This document shows positions 17,438-25,792 of a DNA stretch of 39,394 nt, in pieces. Each line of letters starts with the position of its first letter. The first letter of the stretch is position 1. The translations under genes and the position numbers were made by a program. The notes under the pieces are model-generated. The model was given only the letters and a program-made list of their open reading frames with translations, searched no databases and had not been told where the DNA came from. The stretch is from a virus (Duplodnaviria > Caudoviricetes). The stretch covers positions 1 to 39,394 of IMG/VR virus record IMGVR_UViG_3300008255_000056; one strand, written 5' to 3'.

Positions 17438-18211
17438 ATGAGCTGGTTCAAACTTCACCGAGATATTTTTGAAAACGAGATGTGGTTGTCGGAAACTTTC
17501 GACAAGAACAGAGCTTGGATTGACATGATTGGAAACGCAAATTTCAAAGATAGTATTCTGTTTGTAAGAGGTAATGAGGTGAAAATCAAAAGAGGTCAAT
17601 TAGCATGGAGCGAGAGATTCATGGCAGAAAGGTGGGGCTGGTCTAGGAATAAAGTTAGGCGTTTCATAGAATGGTTGGAAAATAGACAACAAGTGAAACC
17701 ACAGAAAAGTAATATCATTAGCCTCATAACTATTGTAAATTATGGAAAATATCAATCAGACGATACCACAGACGATACCACAGAAAGACCACAGACGATA
17801 CCAATACATAAGAAGGATAAGAAGAATAAGAAAAGAAATACAAAAGAAAAAGTGTGTGTCATTGATTTTGATGAAGAGAAAACCAAGGAGAACCTGTTAG
17901 AGTTGATTATCTGGTTCAATGAAAAACAAGACACCGCCTTCAAAATCCAAGGTAATCCATTCACCCGACTCCTTCCAAACTTCAATTATTGGTGTAATGG
18001 TTACACACTTGGCGAGATGAAGAAGGCTGTCTCTAACATCAGGAATCATCCCTACTGGAGTAGCCAGAATGTAGACATGAATTGGTTACTAGCCAGAAAG
18101 ACCAGTAAGGGGATTGAGGTGGATAGGTTTGCCGACCTACTTGGTGCGAATAAAAAGTTGGCTGAACCCAAGAGGATGTCCAGTTCTGAAGCTGACGATT
18201 ACTTGAATTAA
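17438..18211 (+). CDS. Phage replication initiator (lambda O / replisome-organizer-like, N-terminal wHTH)
   Basis: WFKLHRDI...AWIDMIGNAN...IKRGQL..SERFMAERWGWSRNKVRRF; contains internal iterons; lies upstream of the helicase. Confidence 0.8.
   Translation: MSWFKLHRDIFENEMWLSETFDKNRAWIDMIGNANFKDSILFVRGNEVKIKRGQLAWSERFMAERWGWSRNKVRRFIEWLENRQQVKPQKSNIISLITIVNYGKYQSDDTTDDTTERPQTIPIHKKDKKNKKRNTKEKVCVIDFDEEKTKENLLELIIWFNEKQDTAFKIQGNPFTRLLPNFNYWCNGYTLGEMKKAVSNIRNHPYWSSQNVDMNWLLARKTSKGIEVDRFADLLGANKKLAEPKRMSSSEADDYLN
17757..17852. repeat. Iteron array plus A-rich tract; probable replication origin
   Basis: CAGACGATACCA at 17757, 17769 and 17792, with variant CAGAAAGACCA at 17781, followed by a purine/A-rich run. 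Confidence 0.75.
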
Positions 18212-18229
18212 AAATTAAACAAAAAACAG

Positions 18230-19852
18230 ATGACAAAAATTTCACTGGCAACTGCCAAAAAATACATCAACAAAGGGATGTCAATTTTTCCAGTAGATTT
18301 ATCAGCCGATGCTTCTGGGAAGATTCAGAAGAAGCCAGCTGTCGCATGGAAAGACTACCAAACCAGACTAGCAACAGAAGAAGAATTGACTCAGTGGTTT
18401 GAGGTTGAGTCTCACAACGGACTAGGATTGGCGACAGGTAAGGTCTCGGGGTTAGTGGTCGTTGATGTTGAATCAAATGCCACTGAGGAAGACATCAAGG
18501 GAATTGAATCAACAATGGTCAGCAATACAATCAGCGGTGGAAAACATTTCTACTTCCGCTGGGCTCACGACATCAGGAACACAGTCAAGATTGAAGGTAA
18601 GCCAATTGATTTCAGAGGTGACGGAGGATATGTAGTTCTACCTCCTTCAAGCTATGGCGAGAGAAAATACTCTTGGGACAAAAGTGAGATTGAAAACTTG
18701 ACCGAACTACCAGCCTGGCTAGAGACAATGCTCACCACAAGAACTGAAGAAATCAAACCAGCAATCTATCAAGACTTGGAGGGAGAGGAAGGTTTTAGAA
18801 CTGCCGAGAAGGGCGAGAGAAACATGGTCGCCGCTCAGGTGGCTGGCTCACTATGCCAGGGGATGAAGAGAAAACTCTGGAACCCCTATGGCTGGCTAGC
18901 CTTCAAGGATTGGAACGAGAGAAATGAAGAGCCATTGACCGAGAGAGAACTTCACATCATCTGGGACTCCATCACCAAGACAGACCTCAGAAACAATCCT
19001 CTCCAAGACATCACGCCCGAGAAGCACAATATCTACACTGGACAAATGGCGGTGACAGTTGCCAAAAAAATGAAGGAGGAATATCAAAACGGAATGGAGA
19101 CTGGATTTGAATACCTGGACAAATACTTCAGCTTTATGCCAGAACAACTCTACCTCCTATCAGCCGAGACACATATCGGTAAGACCACCTTTGCCTTGAA
19201 CTTATGTGGAAGAGTCGCCAGTATGGGGCACAATGTTTTATTTGCTTCACTGGAGCAGGGACTGTTTATCGTCCCGAGAGTAGAGTCAATGTTGGGTGGA
19301 CCATTTCCCGACACTCTTTCCATTCTGACCTCTGACAAAATGGCTTCGGTTCAAGCCTTGAGAAACACCATTGAGGGTATGGCACAAAAGCCAGAGCTAC
19401 TCTGTGTTGACCACCTTCACTTTATGAAAATGGATGGGGTGGGAATGATGGAGGACACCGACAAAATAATGTTTGAGTTCCAGGCGATGGCTCGTGAGAT
19501 GAAGATTCCAATTATCCTGATTGCTCACATGAGAAAAACTAATCACGACAACATGCCAGACATTGATGATTTGAAGAGTTCCAGTTCCCTCGGTCAAGTT
19601 CCTTCTGTGGTCCTCATTCTTTACCGCAAACGCATCACCAGCATTGAGAAAGCCAACGAAGAAAACTCCTATTTTTCTCAGTCGGGAGCACTTATAATTG
19701 CCAAGAATAGAATCCAGGGTAGGACTGGTATTGTGAAGTTTGAACTGGCTCAATCAGGAGAGTTCAACTTTATGAAGATGGAGAAAAAAGAGACCCAAAC
19801 AGTCAAGGATGCTGAGTCAGCTTTTGGAGTGAAACCTTACAAAGATGACTAA
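18230..19852 (+). CDS. Prim-Pol primase-polymerase + PriCT + DnaB-like SF4 helicase fusion
   Basis: VVVDVE, TISGGKHFYF and DFRGDGGYVVLPPS (Prim-Pol); KGERN and WNERNEEPL (PriCT-1); AETHIGKTT, CVDHLH and IAKNR (SF4). Confidence 0.9.
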   Translation: MTKISLATAKKYINKGMSIFPVDLSADASGKIQKKPAVAWKDYQTRLATEEELTQWFEVESHNGLGLATGKVSGLVVVDVESNATEEDIKGIESTMVSNTISGGKHFYFRWAHDIRNTVKIEGKPIDFRGDGGYVVLPPSSYGERKYSWDKSEIENLTELPAWLETMLTTRTEEIKPAIYQDLEGEEGFRTAEKGERNMVAAQVAGSLCQGMKRKLWNPYGWLAFKDWNERNEEPLTERELHIIWDSITKTDLRNNPLQDITPEKHNIYTGQMAVTVAKKMKEEYQNGMETGFEYLDKYFSFMPEQLYLLSAETHIGKTTFALNLCGRVASMGHNVLFASLEQGLFIVPRVESMLGGPFPDTLSILTSDKMASVQALRNTIEGMAQKPELLCVDHLHFMKMDGVGMMEDTDKIMFEFQAMAREMKIPIILIAHMRKTNHDNMPDIDDLKSSSSLGQVPSVVLILYRKRITSIEKANEENSYFSQSGALIIAKNRIQGRTGIVKFELAQSGEFNFMKMEKKETQTVKDAESAFGVKPYKDD

Positions 19853-19860
19853 AATACCTA

Positions 19861-19888
19861 TTGACATCTACTCAAAAAGAACTAAACT
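19861..19888 (+). promoter_or_regulatory. Promoter for the ssb/recombination operon
   Basis: TTGACA-16-TAAACT followed by an A-rich leader with no SD. Confidence 0.6.
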
Positions 19889-19919
19889 ATTACTAGTTAC
19901 TAAATAACAAAAACAAAAT

Positions 19920-20390
19920 ATGGCATTTTCAATAAACCATGTCACACTCTTAGGCAATGTTACCAAAGACCTAGAGCTCAAGTATACCCCTAGCAACACT
20001 GCGGTTGTTCGCTTGGCGGTAGCCACCAACTTCTCCCGCAAACAAACAGACGGAACCTACAAGGATTTTCCTACTTTCCACAATGTTGTGGTGTTCGGAA
20101 AGATAGCTGAGTTCCTCGCAAAGAGTATCGGAAAAGGAACCAAGATTTATGTTGATGGTCGCATTGATAACCGCTCTTACCAAGCAAATGACGGAACCAC
20201 CAAGTATGTCTCAGAAGTCATCGCCGAGAATGTAATCCCGATGGTAGCCCCCAAGACAGCAGGTGCTCCTACAACCGCTCCAGTCGCTAGACCTGCCGCA
20301 CCAGCACCAACCCCTGAACAGCAAGCCTATGTTGACGAAGCTGTCGAGGTGTTCACCGCTGGAGTAGATGAAGACGGAGTTCCTTTTTAA
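19920..20390 (+). CDS. ssb: Single-stranded DNA-binding protein
   Basis: INHVTLLGNVTKDLELKYTP, FHNVVVFGK, and acidic tail DEDGVPF. Confidence 0.95.
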   Translation: MAFSINHVTLLGNVTKDLELKYTPSNTAVVRLAVATNFSRKQTDGTYKDFPTFHNVVVFGKIAEFLAKSIGKGTKIYVDGRIDNRSYQANDGTTKYVSEVIAENVIPMVAPKTAGAPTTAPVARPAAPAPTPEQQAYVDEAVEVFTAGVDEDGVPF

Positions 20391-20408
20391 TAATCAACTA
20401 AAAACAAA

Positions 20409-20636
20409 ATGAAAGACTTTATCATAATTATGGTCTCAATGATTCTAGGGTTCTCCCTGTTTATTGCCTTCCTGCTATACATCCCAGCGACTGGAACTTA
20501 TTTCTTCAAAGAAACGAACACTGTCTGTCGTGATGAAAAAACTTGGGGATATGGAGAATCAAAAAGATACTGCCTCCAAGGAGTAGAGATTCCAGAACAA
20601 AACACACAAACATTAAATATCAATCTAGCTAACTAA
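20409..20636 (+). CDS. Small membrane-anchored protein
   Basis: N-terminal TM segment and two Cys. Confidence 0.6.
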   Translation: MKDFIIIMVSMILGFSLFIAFLLYIPATGTYFFKETNTVCRDEKTWGYGESKRYCLQGVEIPEQNTQTLNINLAN

Positions 20637-20637
20637 C

Positions 20638-21636
20638 ATGGCAAAAGAAGAAAAAGGCGTAGTGGTATCGAATCCACTTTTACAAATGGCTCCAATATCA
20701 GCGACAAAAAGCTGGTATAAAGACTTCGTAAAATTCAGTCAGGACATAATGAAGAAGGACATGGACTATGGAATTATCCCTGGCACTGGAACCAAACCAA
20801 GTTTACTCAAGCCTGGTGCTGAGAAGTTGAGATTCGTCTATGGTCTCGGAACCGAGGAAACGATGACCGACAAAACCATTGATATTGACAAGGGGTTCGT
20901 CAGTTACTCCTACAAAGTTTCAGTCAAAAACAAAGAAGGAATCATCCTGGCTGAGTGCGAAGGCAACTGTAATTCTTTTGAACCAAAATTCAGATACCTC
21001 TGGGTTCAAGAGTCAGCTCTACCAGCAGGGACCGACAAATCAAAACTCCAAAGTAGAACCAGTAAAATCACTGAGTTTGATTTCGCAATCTCCAAAGCCG
21101 AAACTACTGGTCAGTATGGAAAACCAGCTGAGTATTGGCAGAAGTGGCAGGATGCTATTCGTAATGGCACAGCTAAGCAGACCACCAGAGACACACAGAA
21201 GGGTAAGTCAATGAAGGCTTGGGAAATGGGAGGAAGCCAGTTCAGAGTTCAGAATCCAGACATCATGGGAATGACCAACACCATTATGAAAATGGCACAG
21301 AAGAGAGCCTTCGTTGGAGCTATGCTCTTGGCTACTGGAGCTTCAGAGTTCTACACTCAAGACATTGAGGACATGACAGACGGAACTTCGGTTCCCGAGG
21401 TTATCGCAGAGCCGTCACCAATCACTCAACCTGTCTCCTCAAAAGCTGAGGAAGGTGAGGTGGTCGCAGAGCCAGCTCCTCAACAAGCACCTGATGAGGC
21501 ACACCACAAAAGAGTTGAATGGATAAAGGGTTTAATTGCCGCAGGTAAAATCAAAATGAACCGAGACCCAGAATCTTTGACCTCAAAACAATCCATCATG
21601 GTAATGGATAATTATAAAAAATCTATAGGAAAATAA
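20638..21636 (+). CDS. Putative single-strand annealing protein (Rad52/RecT-superfamily-like)
   Basis: KPSLLKPGAEKL and NTIMKMAQKRAFVGAML..FYTQDIED; located between ssb and a nuclease. Confidence 0.55.
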   Translation: MAKEEKGVVVSNPLLQMAPISATKSWYKDFVKFSQDIMKKDMDYGIIPGTGTKPSLLKPGAEKLRFVYGLGTEETMTDKTIDIDKGFVSYSYKVSVKNKEGIILAECEGNCNSFEPKFRYLWVQESALPAGTDKSKLQSRTSKITEFDFAISKAETTGQYGKPAEYWQKWQDAIRNGTAKQTTRDTQKGKSMKAWEMGGSQFRVQNPDIMGMTNTIMKMAQKRAFVGAMLLATGASEFYTQDIEDMTDGTSVPEVIAEPSPITQPVSSKAEEGEVVAEPAPQQAPDEAHHKRVEWIKGLIAAGKIKMNRDPESLTSKQSIMVMDNYKKSIGK

Positions 21637-21637
21637 C

Positions 21638-22003
21638 ATGGCAGACTACTACATGGGATACAAAAAACCTCAGCTTGTTTCAAAAATAAGAGAACTTGAA
21701 GCTGAAATCAGGAAGACCGCAGTCAATCAATATAAATTTGAGCAAGCGACAAAAAGAGTTGCGGAGTTAGAGGAGAAACTTGAGGAAATAAAATCTGACA
21801 GAAGTGGTGGTAGGGCTTACGAGGAGGGTGTCGCATCTACTTTGAGGAATCAGGTTGAATACTTTCAGTCTATTTTTAGAATAATTGCTCTACCATCAGA
21901 CAAGATTATTGAGATAAAAAGAATAGAAGAGGAAGAAAGAAACAGACCAAAGAGTGAGAAGCCATTTAATTATCAACCTGGTAGGGAATTCAGTCCCTTC
22001 TAA
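21638..22003 (+). CDS. Hypothetical coiled-coil protein
   Basis: Heptad-like Glu/Lys pattern; operon context. Confidence 0.6.
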   Translation: MADYYMGYKKPQLVSKIRELEAEIRKTAVNQYKFEQATKRVAELEEKLEEIKSDRSGGRAYEEGVASTLRNQVEYFQSIFRIIALPSDKIIEIKRIEEEERNRPKSEKPFNYQPGREFSPF

Positions 22004-22010
22004 AAAGTTT

Positions 22011-22457
22011 ATGAAAAATACAAAAGCAGTAGCAAAAAAAGAAATCAAGTTTGATTTGTCAGTATTAGAGAACTTCGTCCAGAGCGGAGATAGTTTCCTT
22101 ATGAACCCTGATGCCGAAGACTTCATTACCAAGTGGGTTCTATTCAAGAAGATGGTGGAGAAGGCTGATGAACAGGTGAAGAAACAAATCCAAGCCAAGA
22201 TGCTTGAGACCAACACTCTCAAGGTTGAAGGTGAAGTCGTCAAAGTTTATCGCAGATATTTTGGAGACAGGTTTGAGTCAACCGACAATCAACTGGCAAT
22301 CGGTATGGGAGTGGCTTACGAAGAAACCAAGGTCAAGTTAGACACTGCCGCCATTGACAGATTTGTAAAAGAGAATGGAAATCTCCCCGAGTGTATCAAG
22401 CTCAAAGACCGCACCGAGTCAATTGTAATTAGTGGAGTAAAAGAAAATGGAGAATAA
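22011..22457 (+). CDS. Hypothetical protein, weakly Gam/gp157-like (start corrected to 22011)
   Basis: Helical N-half and KVKLDTAAIDRFVKENG.LP-type C-terminus; recombination module context. Confidence 0.5.
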   Translation: MKNTKAVAKKEIKFDLSVLENFVQSGDSFLMNPDAEDFITKWVLFKKMVEKADEQVKKQIQAKMLETNTLKVEGEVVKVYRRYFGDRFESTDNQLAIGMGVAYEETKVKLDTAAIDRFVKENGNLPECIKLKDRTESIVISGVKENGE

Positions 22458-22710
22458 AGTAGACACCGAATTACCAATGCCAAGATTTAGTCTCGTAGGT
22501 CAGAAGGATGGAATGTTTGAAGTTGAGATGGCTGAACCAGTAGGTTCAATTGCCGACATGATTCTTGAAGCGATGTCTCAGGACAGCCGAATCAAAATGA
22601 CCATGCTACTAGCGGTCTCAAGCTATCTGCAAGAAGAAGCCAAGGCACTCGCCACCCTAATGAAAAAAGTAGAAGAAGCAAACAAAGATAAAGGCTATGT
22701 CAAAAATTAG
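22447..22710 (+). CDS. Hypothetical protein
   Basis: Overlapping operon member. Confidence 0.6.
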   Translation: MENKVDTELPMPRFSLVGQKDGMFEVEMAEPVGSIADMILEAMSQDSRIKMTMLLAVSSYLQEEAKALATLMKKVEEANKDKGYVKN

Positions 22711-23266
22711 ATTATCCTACTCACTAATGTCTTCCATCAAATATGGAAGGCGTGATGATGTCGTCAGACAATATCTCCGCATGCCTAGCGAGGTCAACGA
22801 GAATATGAAGCGTGGTCTTGATTTTGACAAGATGGTTGAGGCTGAGGTTGATGCCAAGAAACAATTCCCTATTGAGTTCAACTCTCTCAAGCTAGTAGCT
22901 CCTCAGTGTAAATTACAGGCGACTGTTGAATATAACGAGCTGTTCTCTATCAAAGGAGAGCTTGATGTTTGGGACTTACCAGCCATCTACGAAGTGAAGA
23001 ACTCCATTACCAAAGACAGTGCGGAATACTCCGACACTGGTCAGCTAGACATCTACTTCCTTCTGTCTGAGCTGGTTCCAAAAGACCACCCACTATCCAA
23101 GGCTGACAGAGCCTGGCTCTACCGCTTTGACCCTGTTCACAGAACCTACGACACCTCTCTCATCTGGAAGTCCCAGAGAAGGATTCAAGCCGCCCGAGAT
23201 ATGGTTGAGGAATATGGTCCCCAGGTATACGAGATTCTAAAATCAGAAGGAATTATCAATGACTAA
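22697..23266 (+). CDS. PD-(D/E)xK (RecB-family) nuclease
   Basis: RLSYS, KGELD, IYEVK and QLDIY motifs. Confidence 0.75.
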   Translation: MSKIRLSYSLMSSIKYGRRDDVVRQYLRMPSEVNENMKRGLDFDKMVEAEVDAKKQFPIEFNSLKLVAPQCKLQATVEYNELFSIKGELDVWDLPAIYEVKNSITKDSAEYSDTGQLDIYFLLSELVPKDHPLSKADRAWLYRFDPVHRTYDTSLIWKSQRRIQAARDMVEEYGPQVYEILKSEGIIND

Positions 23267-23272
23267 CCCAAA

Positions 23273-23545
23273 ATGATTGAACCACTAAGAGGCTACATCG
23301 TAGTCAAAATGATTATCAAACAAGCAAAGACAAAATCTGGTCTTGACCTACCCGAAGAGATTTCTAAGGACATTAGCCAAGAAGCTGAGGTGGTCGCTGT
23401 CGGGAAGAGCATCCTCCAAAACGGAGAGCTAACCCCAAGCCCTGTTGAAGCTGGAGACAAAGTTCTTTTTAGACCATTCACTGGCGTTAAGTATGGAGAT
23501 TTCATTATTCTCCACTTCAACGAATTAGTAGCTATCATCAAATAA
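23273..23545 (+). CDS. groS: Co-chaperonin GroES
   Basis: MIEPLRGYIVV, KTKSGLDLPE, AEVVAVG, VEAGDKVLF, ELVAII. Confidence 0.92.
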   Translation: MIEPLRGYIVVKMIIKQAKTKSGLDLPEEISKDISQEAEVVAVGKSILQNGELTPSPVEAGDKVLFRPFTGVKYGDFIILHFNELVAIIK

Positions 23546-23546
23546 A

Positions 23547-23804
23547 ATGATTACAAAATTCAAGTTCAAATTCACATACAAAGATGGCTCTGTTAAAGAG
23601 TTCAAAGATGTCTCTGGCTACCAAAGACTAGACGACAAAATGTTTTTCGTCCAATACAAAGAGATTCAGGAGTCAAAAGGTCTGGTCAGAAAAACAATTA
23701 CTGAGTGGGTAGATATTACCAACATTGAAAAAATAGAGTCAGAACAGGTTCTCACCTACGAGTCTAAACAGGAAATGTTGATGGCAGACATGAAAAAATC
23801 TTGA
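23547..23804 (+). CDS. Hypothetical protein
   Basis: Starts 1 nt after the groS stop. Confidence 0.6.
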   Translation: MITKFKFKFTYKDGSVKEFKDVSGYQRLDDKMFFVQYKEIQESKGLVRKTITEWVDITNIEKIESEQVLTYESKQEMLMADMKKS

Positions 23805-23835
23805 CCTACTACTTACGAACTGTTATAAATAAAGT

Positions 23836-24018
23836 ATGCTAGAAAACATTTTCCCGACCAAAGAAGAGAAGCGGAAATTAGCCAACAAGATTCGTAAGGG
23901 TTTGAGACTCGTCACCTGCTCAAATTGTGGAAGACGAATAATCTACAAGTGGGCTGAGGAAGTAATAGCCGATGCTAAATGTGGCTATAGAAAATTACCA
24001 ACAATGATAAAAGAATAA
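23836..24018 (+). CDS. Small zinc-ribbon-like protein
   Basis: CSNCG...KCG; has its own promoter TTGACC(23801)-17-TATAAA-6-ATG. Confidence 0.55.
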   Translation: MLENIFPTKEEKRKLANKIRKGLRLVTCSNCGRRIIYKWAEEVIADAKCGYRKLPTMIKE

Positions 24019-24019
24019 A

Positions 24020-25630
24020 ATGACACCAACAAAAATCTTGGAGTTTGATGCTCCAGCTCGTGAGAAATTACTAAAAGGAATTGAGATTCTAGCAAAAGCT
24101 GTAGGCTCAACTCTTGGTCCCAAGGGCAGAAATGTCGCCATAGAACGCCAGTATGGTTCTCCAACTGTGGTTCACGATGGTGTGACTGTCGCTCGTGAAA
24201 TCTATCTGAAAGACAAGTTTGAAAACATGGGTGTTCAGATTGCTCGTGAAGCCGCCTCATCCACTAATGATGTCGCAGGCGATGGCACAACCACGGCAAC
24301 AATCCTAGCCTACGCAATTGCCAAGAGAGCAATTGAAGCTATCAACAATGGAGCTAATCCAATGGTTCTCCGTGACGGCATAGAGAAAGCTGTAGATTAT
24401 CTGGTTGATGCTCTGAAGGTAATGAAAATTGATGTTGATTCTCCCGAGATGATTAAACAGGTAGCCACTATTTCCGCACAAAATGCGGAGATTGGAGAAA
24501 TCATTTCTCAAGCTATCACCAAAGTCACCAAGGATGGAGTTGTCACTGTTCAGGTGGGAGATGGTCGTGAGACTGTTGTGGAATACAAGGAAGGTCTCCA
24601 ATACGAGAAGGGTTACACCTCAGCCTACTTTGTGACTGATACCCAGAGAATGGAAGCTGTCATAGAGGATGCTCACATTCTAATCACCGACCAAATAATT
24701 TCCAGTGTAGAAGGTCAGCTGGTTCCAATCCTAGACAAGATTGACCCTGTGAATAGTGGTATCAAGAACATTGTCTTTATTGCCGAGTCTATTGAAGGTG
24801 ATGCTCTAAAAATGTTGGTAGTAAATAAAATTCGTGGCAACCTGAATGTTGTCGCAGTTCCAGCCCCAGGATTTGGAGACAGAAGAAAAGCCATGCTTGA
24901 AGACATTGCCATTATCACTGGTGGAACTGTCATCTCAGAGGACACTGGAGCCACTCTGTCTGGATTTGAGGTTCACATGATGGGTAGAGCCAGTAGTGTA
25001 ATCGTTACCAAAGACACCACCACCATTGTTGGAGGAACAGGAGACCCAATCAAAGTCGCAGAGAGAACCGAGTCGCTCAAGCACCAGCTGGAGAATGAGA
25101 CATCTACTTTTGACAAAGAGAAACTTCAAGAAAGAATTTCCAAACTGTCCAGCGGAGTAGCTGTAATCCATGTTGGAGCATCCACTGAAATTGAGATGCG
25201 TGAGAAGAAGGAAAGAGTCATTGATGCCGTCAATGCCACCAGAGCCGCTATGGATGAGGGTATTGTTCCAGGTGGGGAAACTGCTCTCTTCAAAATCGCT
25301 AAGGTTTTGGACAAAAAAGAGTTCACTGAAGAAGAGATGGCTGGAGTCAATATCATCAAAGAAGCTCTTCGTGAACCATTCTTCACGCTCATGGAAAACT
25401 CAGGTCTGGACAAAGATAAATACATCACAGATGTCACTGAACTACCTTGGGGTATGGGAGTTGATGTCAAGGATGGGAAGGTCAAAGACCTCATCAAAGC
25501 TGGTGTGATTGACCCTGTAAAAGTTACGAGGAGTGCTTTGCAGAACGCTTCATCGGTTGCGATAATGACCATGACCACCAACACTTTAATCGCTCGTGAG
25601 GAAGAGCCAAAAAGAGTTGATGCTGAATAG
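24020..25630 (+). CDS. groL: Chaperonin GroEL
   Basis: TLGPKGRNV, DGVTVA, AGDGTTTAT, APGFGDRRK, EGIVPGG, GVIDPVKVTRSALQNA. Confidence 0.98.
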   Translation: MTPTKILEFDAPAREKLLKGIEILAKAVGSTLGPKGRNVAIERQYGSPTVVHDGVTVAREIYLKDKFENMGVQIAREAASSTNDVAGDGTTTATILAYAIAKRAIEAINNGANPMVLRDGIEKAVDYLVDALKVMKIDVDSPEMIKQVATISAQNAEIGEIISQAITKVTKDGVVTVQVGDGRETVVEYKEGLQYEKGYTSAYFVTDTQRMEAVIEDAHILITDQIISSVEGQLVPILDKIDPVNSGIKNIVFIAESIEGDALKMLVVNKIRGNLNVVAVPAPGFGDRRKAMLEDIAIITGGTVISEDTGATLSGFEVHMMGRASSVIVTKDTTTIVGGTGDPIKVAERTESLKHQLENETSTFDKEKLQERISKLSSGVAVIHVGASTEIEMREKKERVIDAVNATRAAMDEGIVPGGETALFKIAKVLDKKEFTEEEMAGVNIIKEALREPFFTLMENSGLDKDKYITDVTELPWGMGVDVKDGKVKDLIKAGVIDPVKVTRSALQNASSVAIMTMTTNTLIAREEEPKRVDAE

Positions 25631-25651
25631 CTTCTAGCTTTAACAATTGGA

Positions 25652-25710
25652 AGATTTGTAGCGTAATCTATGGAGGTGCGACTATCACTTACCACGATTA
25701 GGCTACATCT
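25652..25710 (+). ncRNA. Long imperfect hairpin immediately 5' of the tRNA
   Basis: AGA/TCT, TGTAGC/GCTACA, TAATC/GATTA, TGG/CCA and AGGTG/CACTT stems closing the loop CGACTAT. Confidence 0.45.
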
Positions 25711-25713
25711 TAT

Positions 25714-25788
25714 GGGAGAGTAGCTCATCTGGTTAGAGCGGCTAGGATTATGACTAGCAGGTAATGAGTTCGAGACTCATCTCTCCCA
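25714..25788 (+). tRNA. Atypical tRNA with an 8-nt anticodon loop; best reading is Ile (UAU)
   Basis: Acceptor GGGAGAG/CTCTCCC + A73; D arm GCTC-ATCTGGTTA-GAGC; anticodon arm GCTAG-GATTATGA-CTAGC; T arm ATGAG-TTCGAGA-CTCAT; no encoded CCA. Confidence 0.8.
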
Positions 25789-25792
25789 TCAA

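Noticed and set aside
17757-17803. 12-bp tandem repeats as a CRISPR array
   Set aside because: There are no spacers, the units are too short and they lie inside the initiator gene; they fit iterons.
22697-23266. Cas4 / CRISPR-associated nuclease
   Set aside because: It lacks the four-Cys Fe-S cluster pattern, there is no array or other cas gene, and the context is a recombination module.
25126-25728. 200-aa minus-strand ORF and other long antisense ORFs over groL, the ejection genes and the MCP
   Set aside because: They are antisense shadows of well-supported genes, with no motifs or expression signals.
25746-25753. tRNA as an ochre (UUA) suppressor reading through the uORF TAA into the initiator
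   Set aside because: UUA would require A at position 33 and U at 37. TAA is the common stop genome-wide and no gene needs readthrough.
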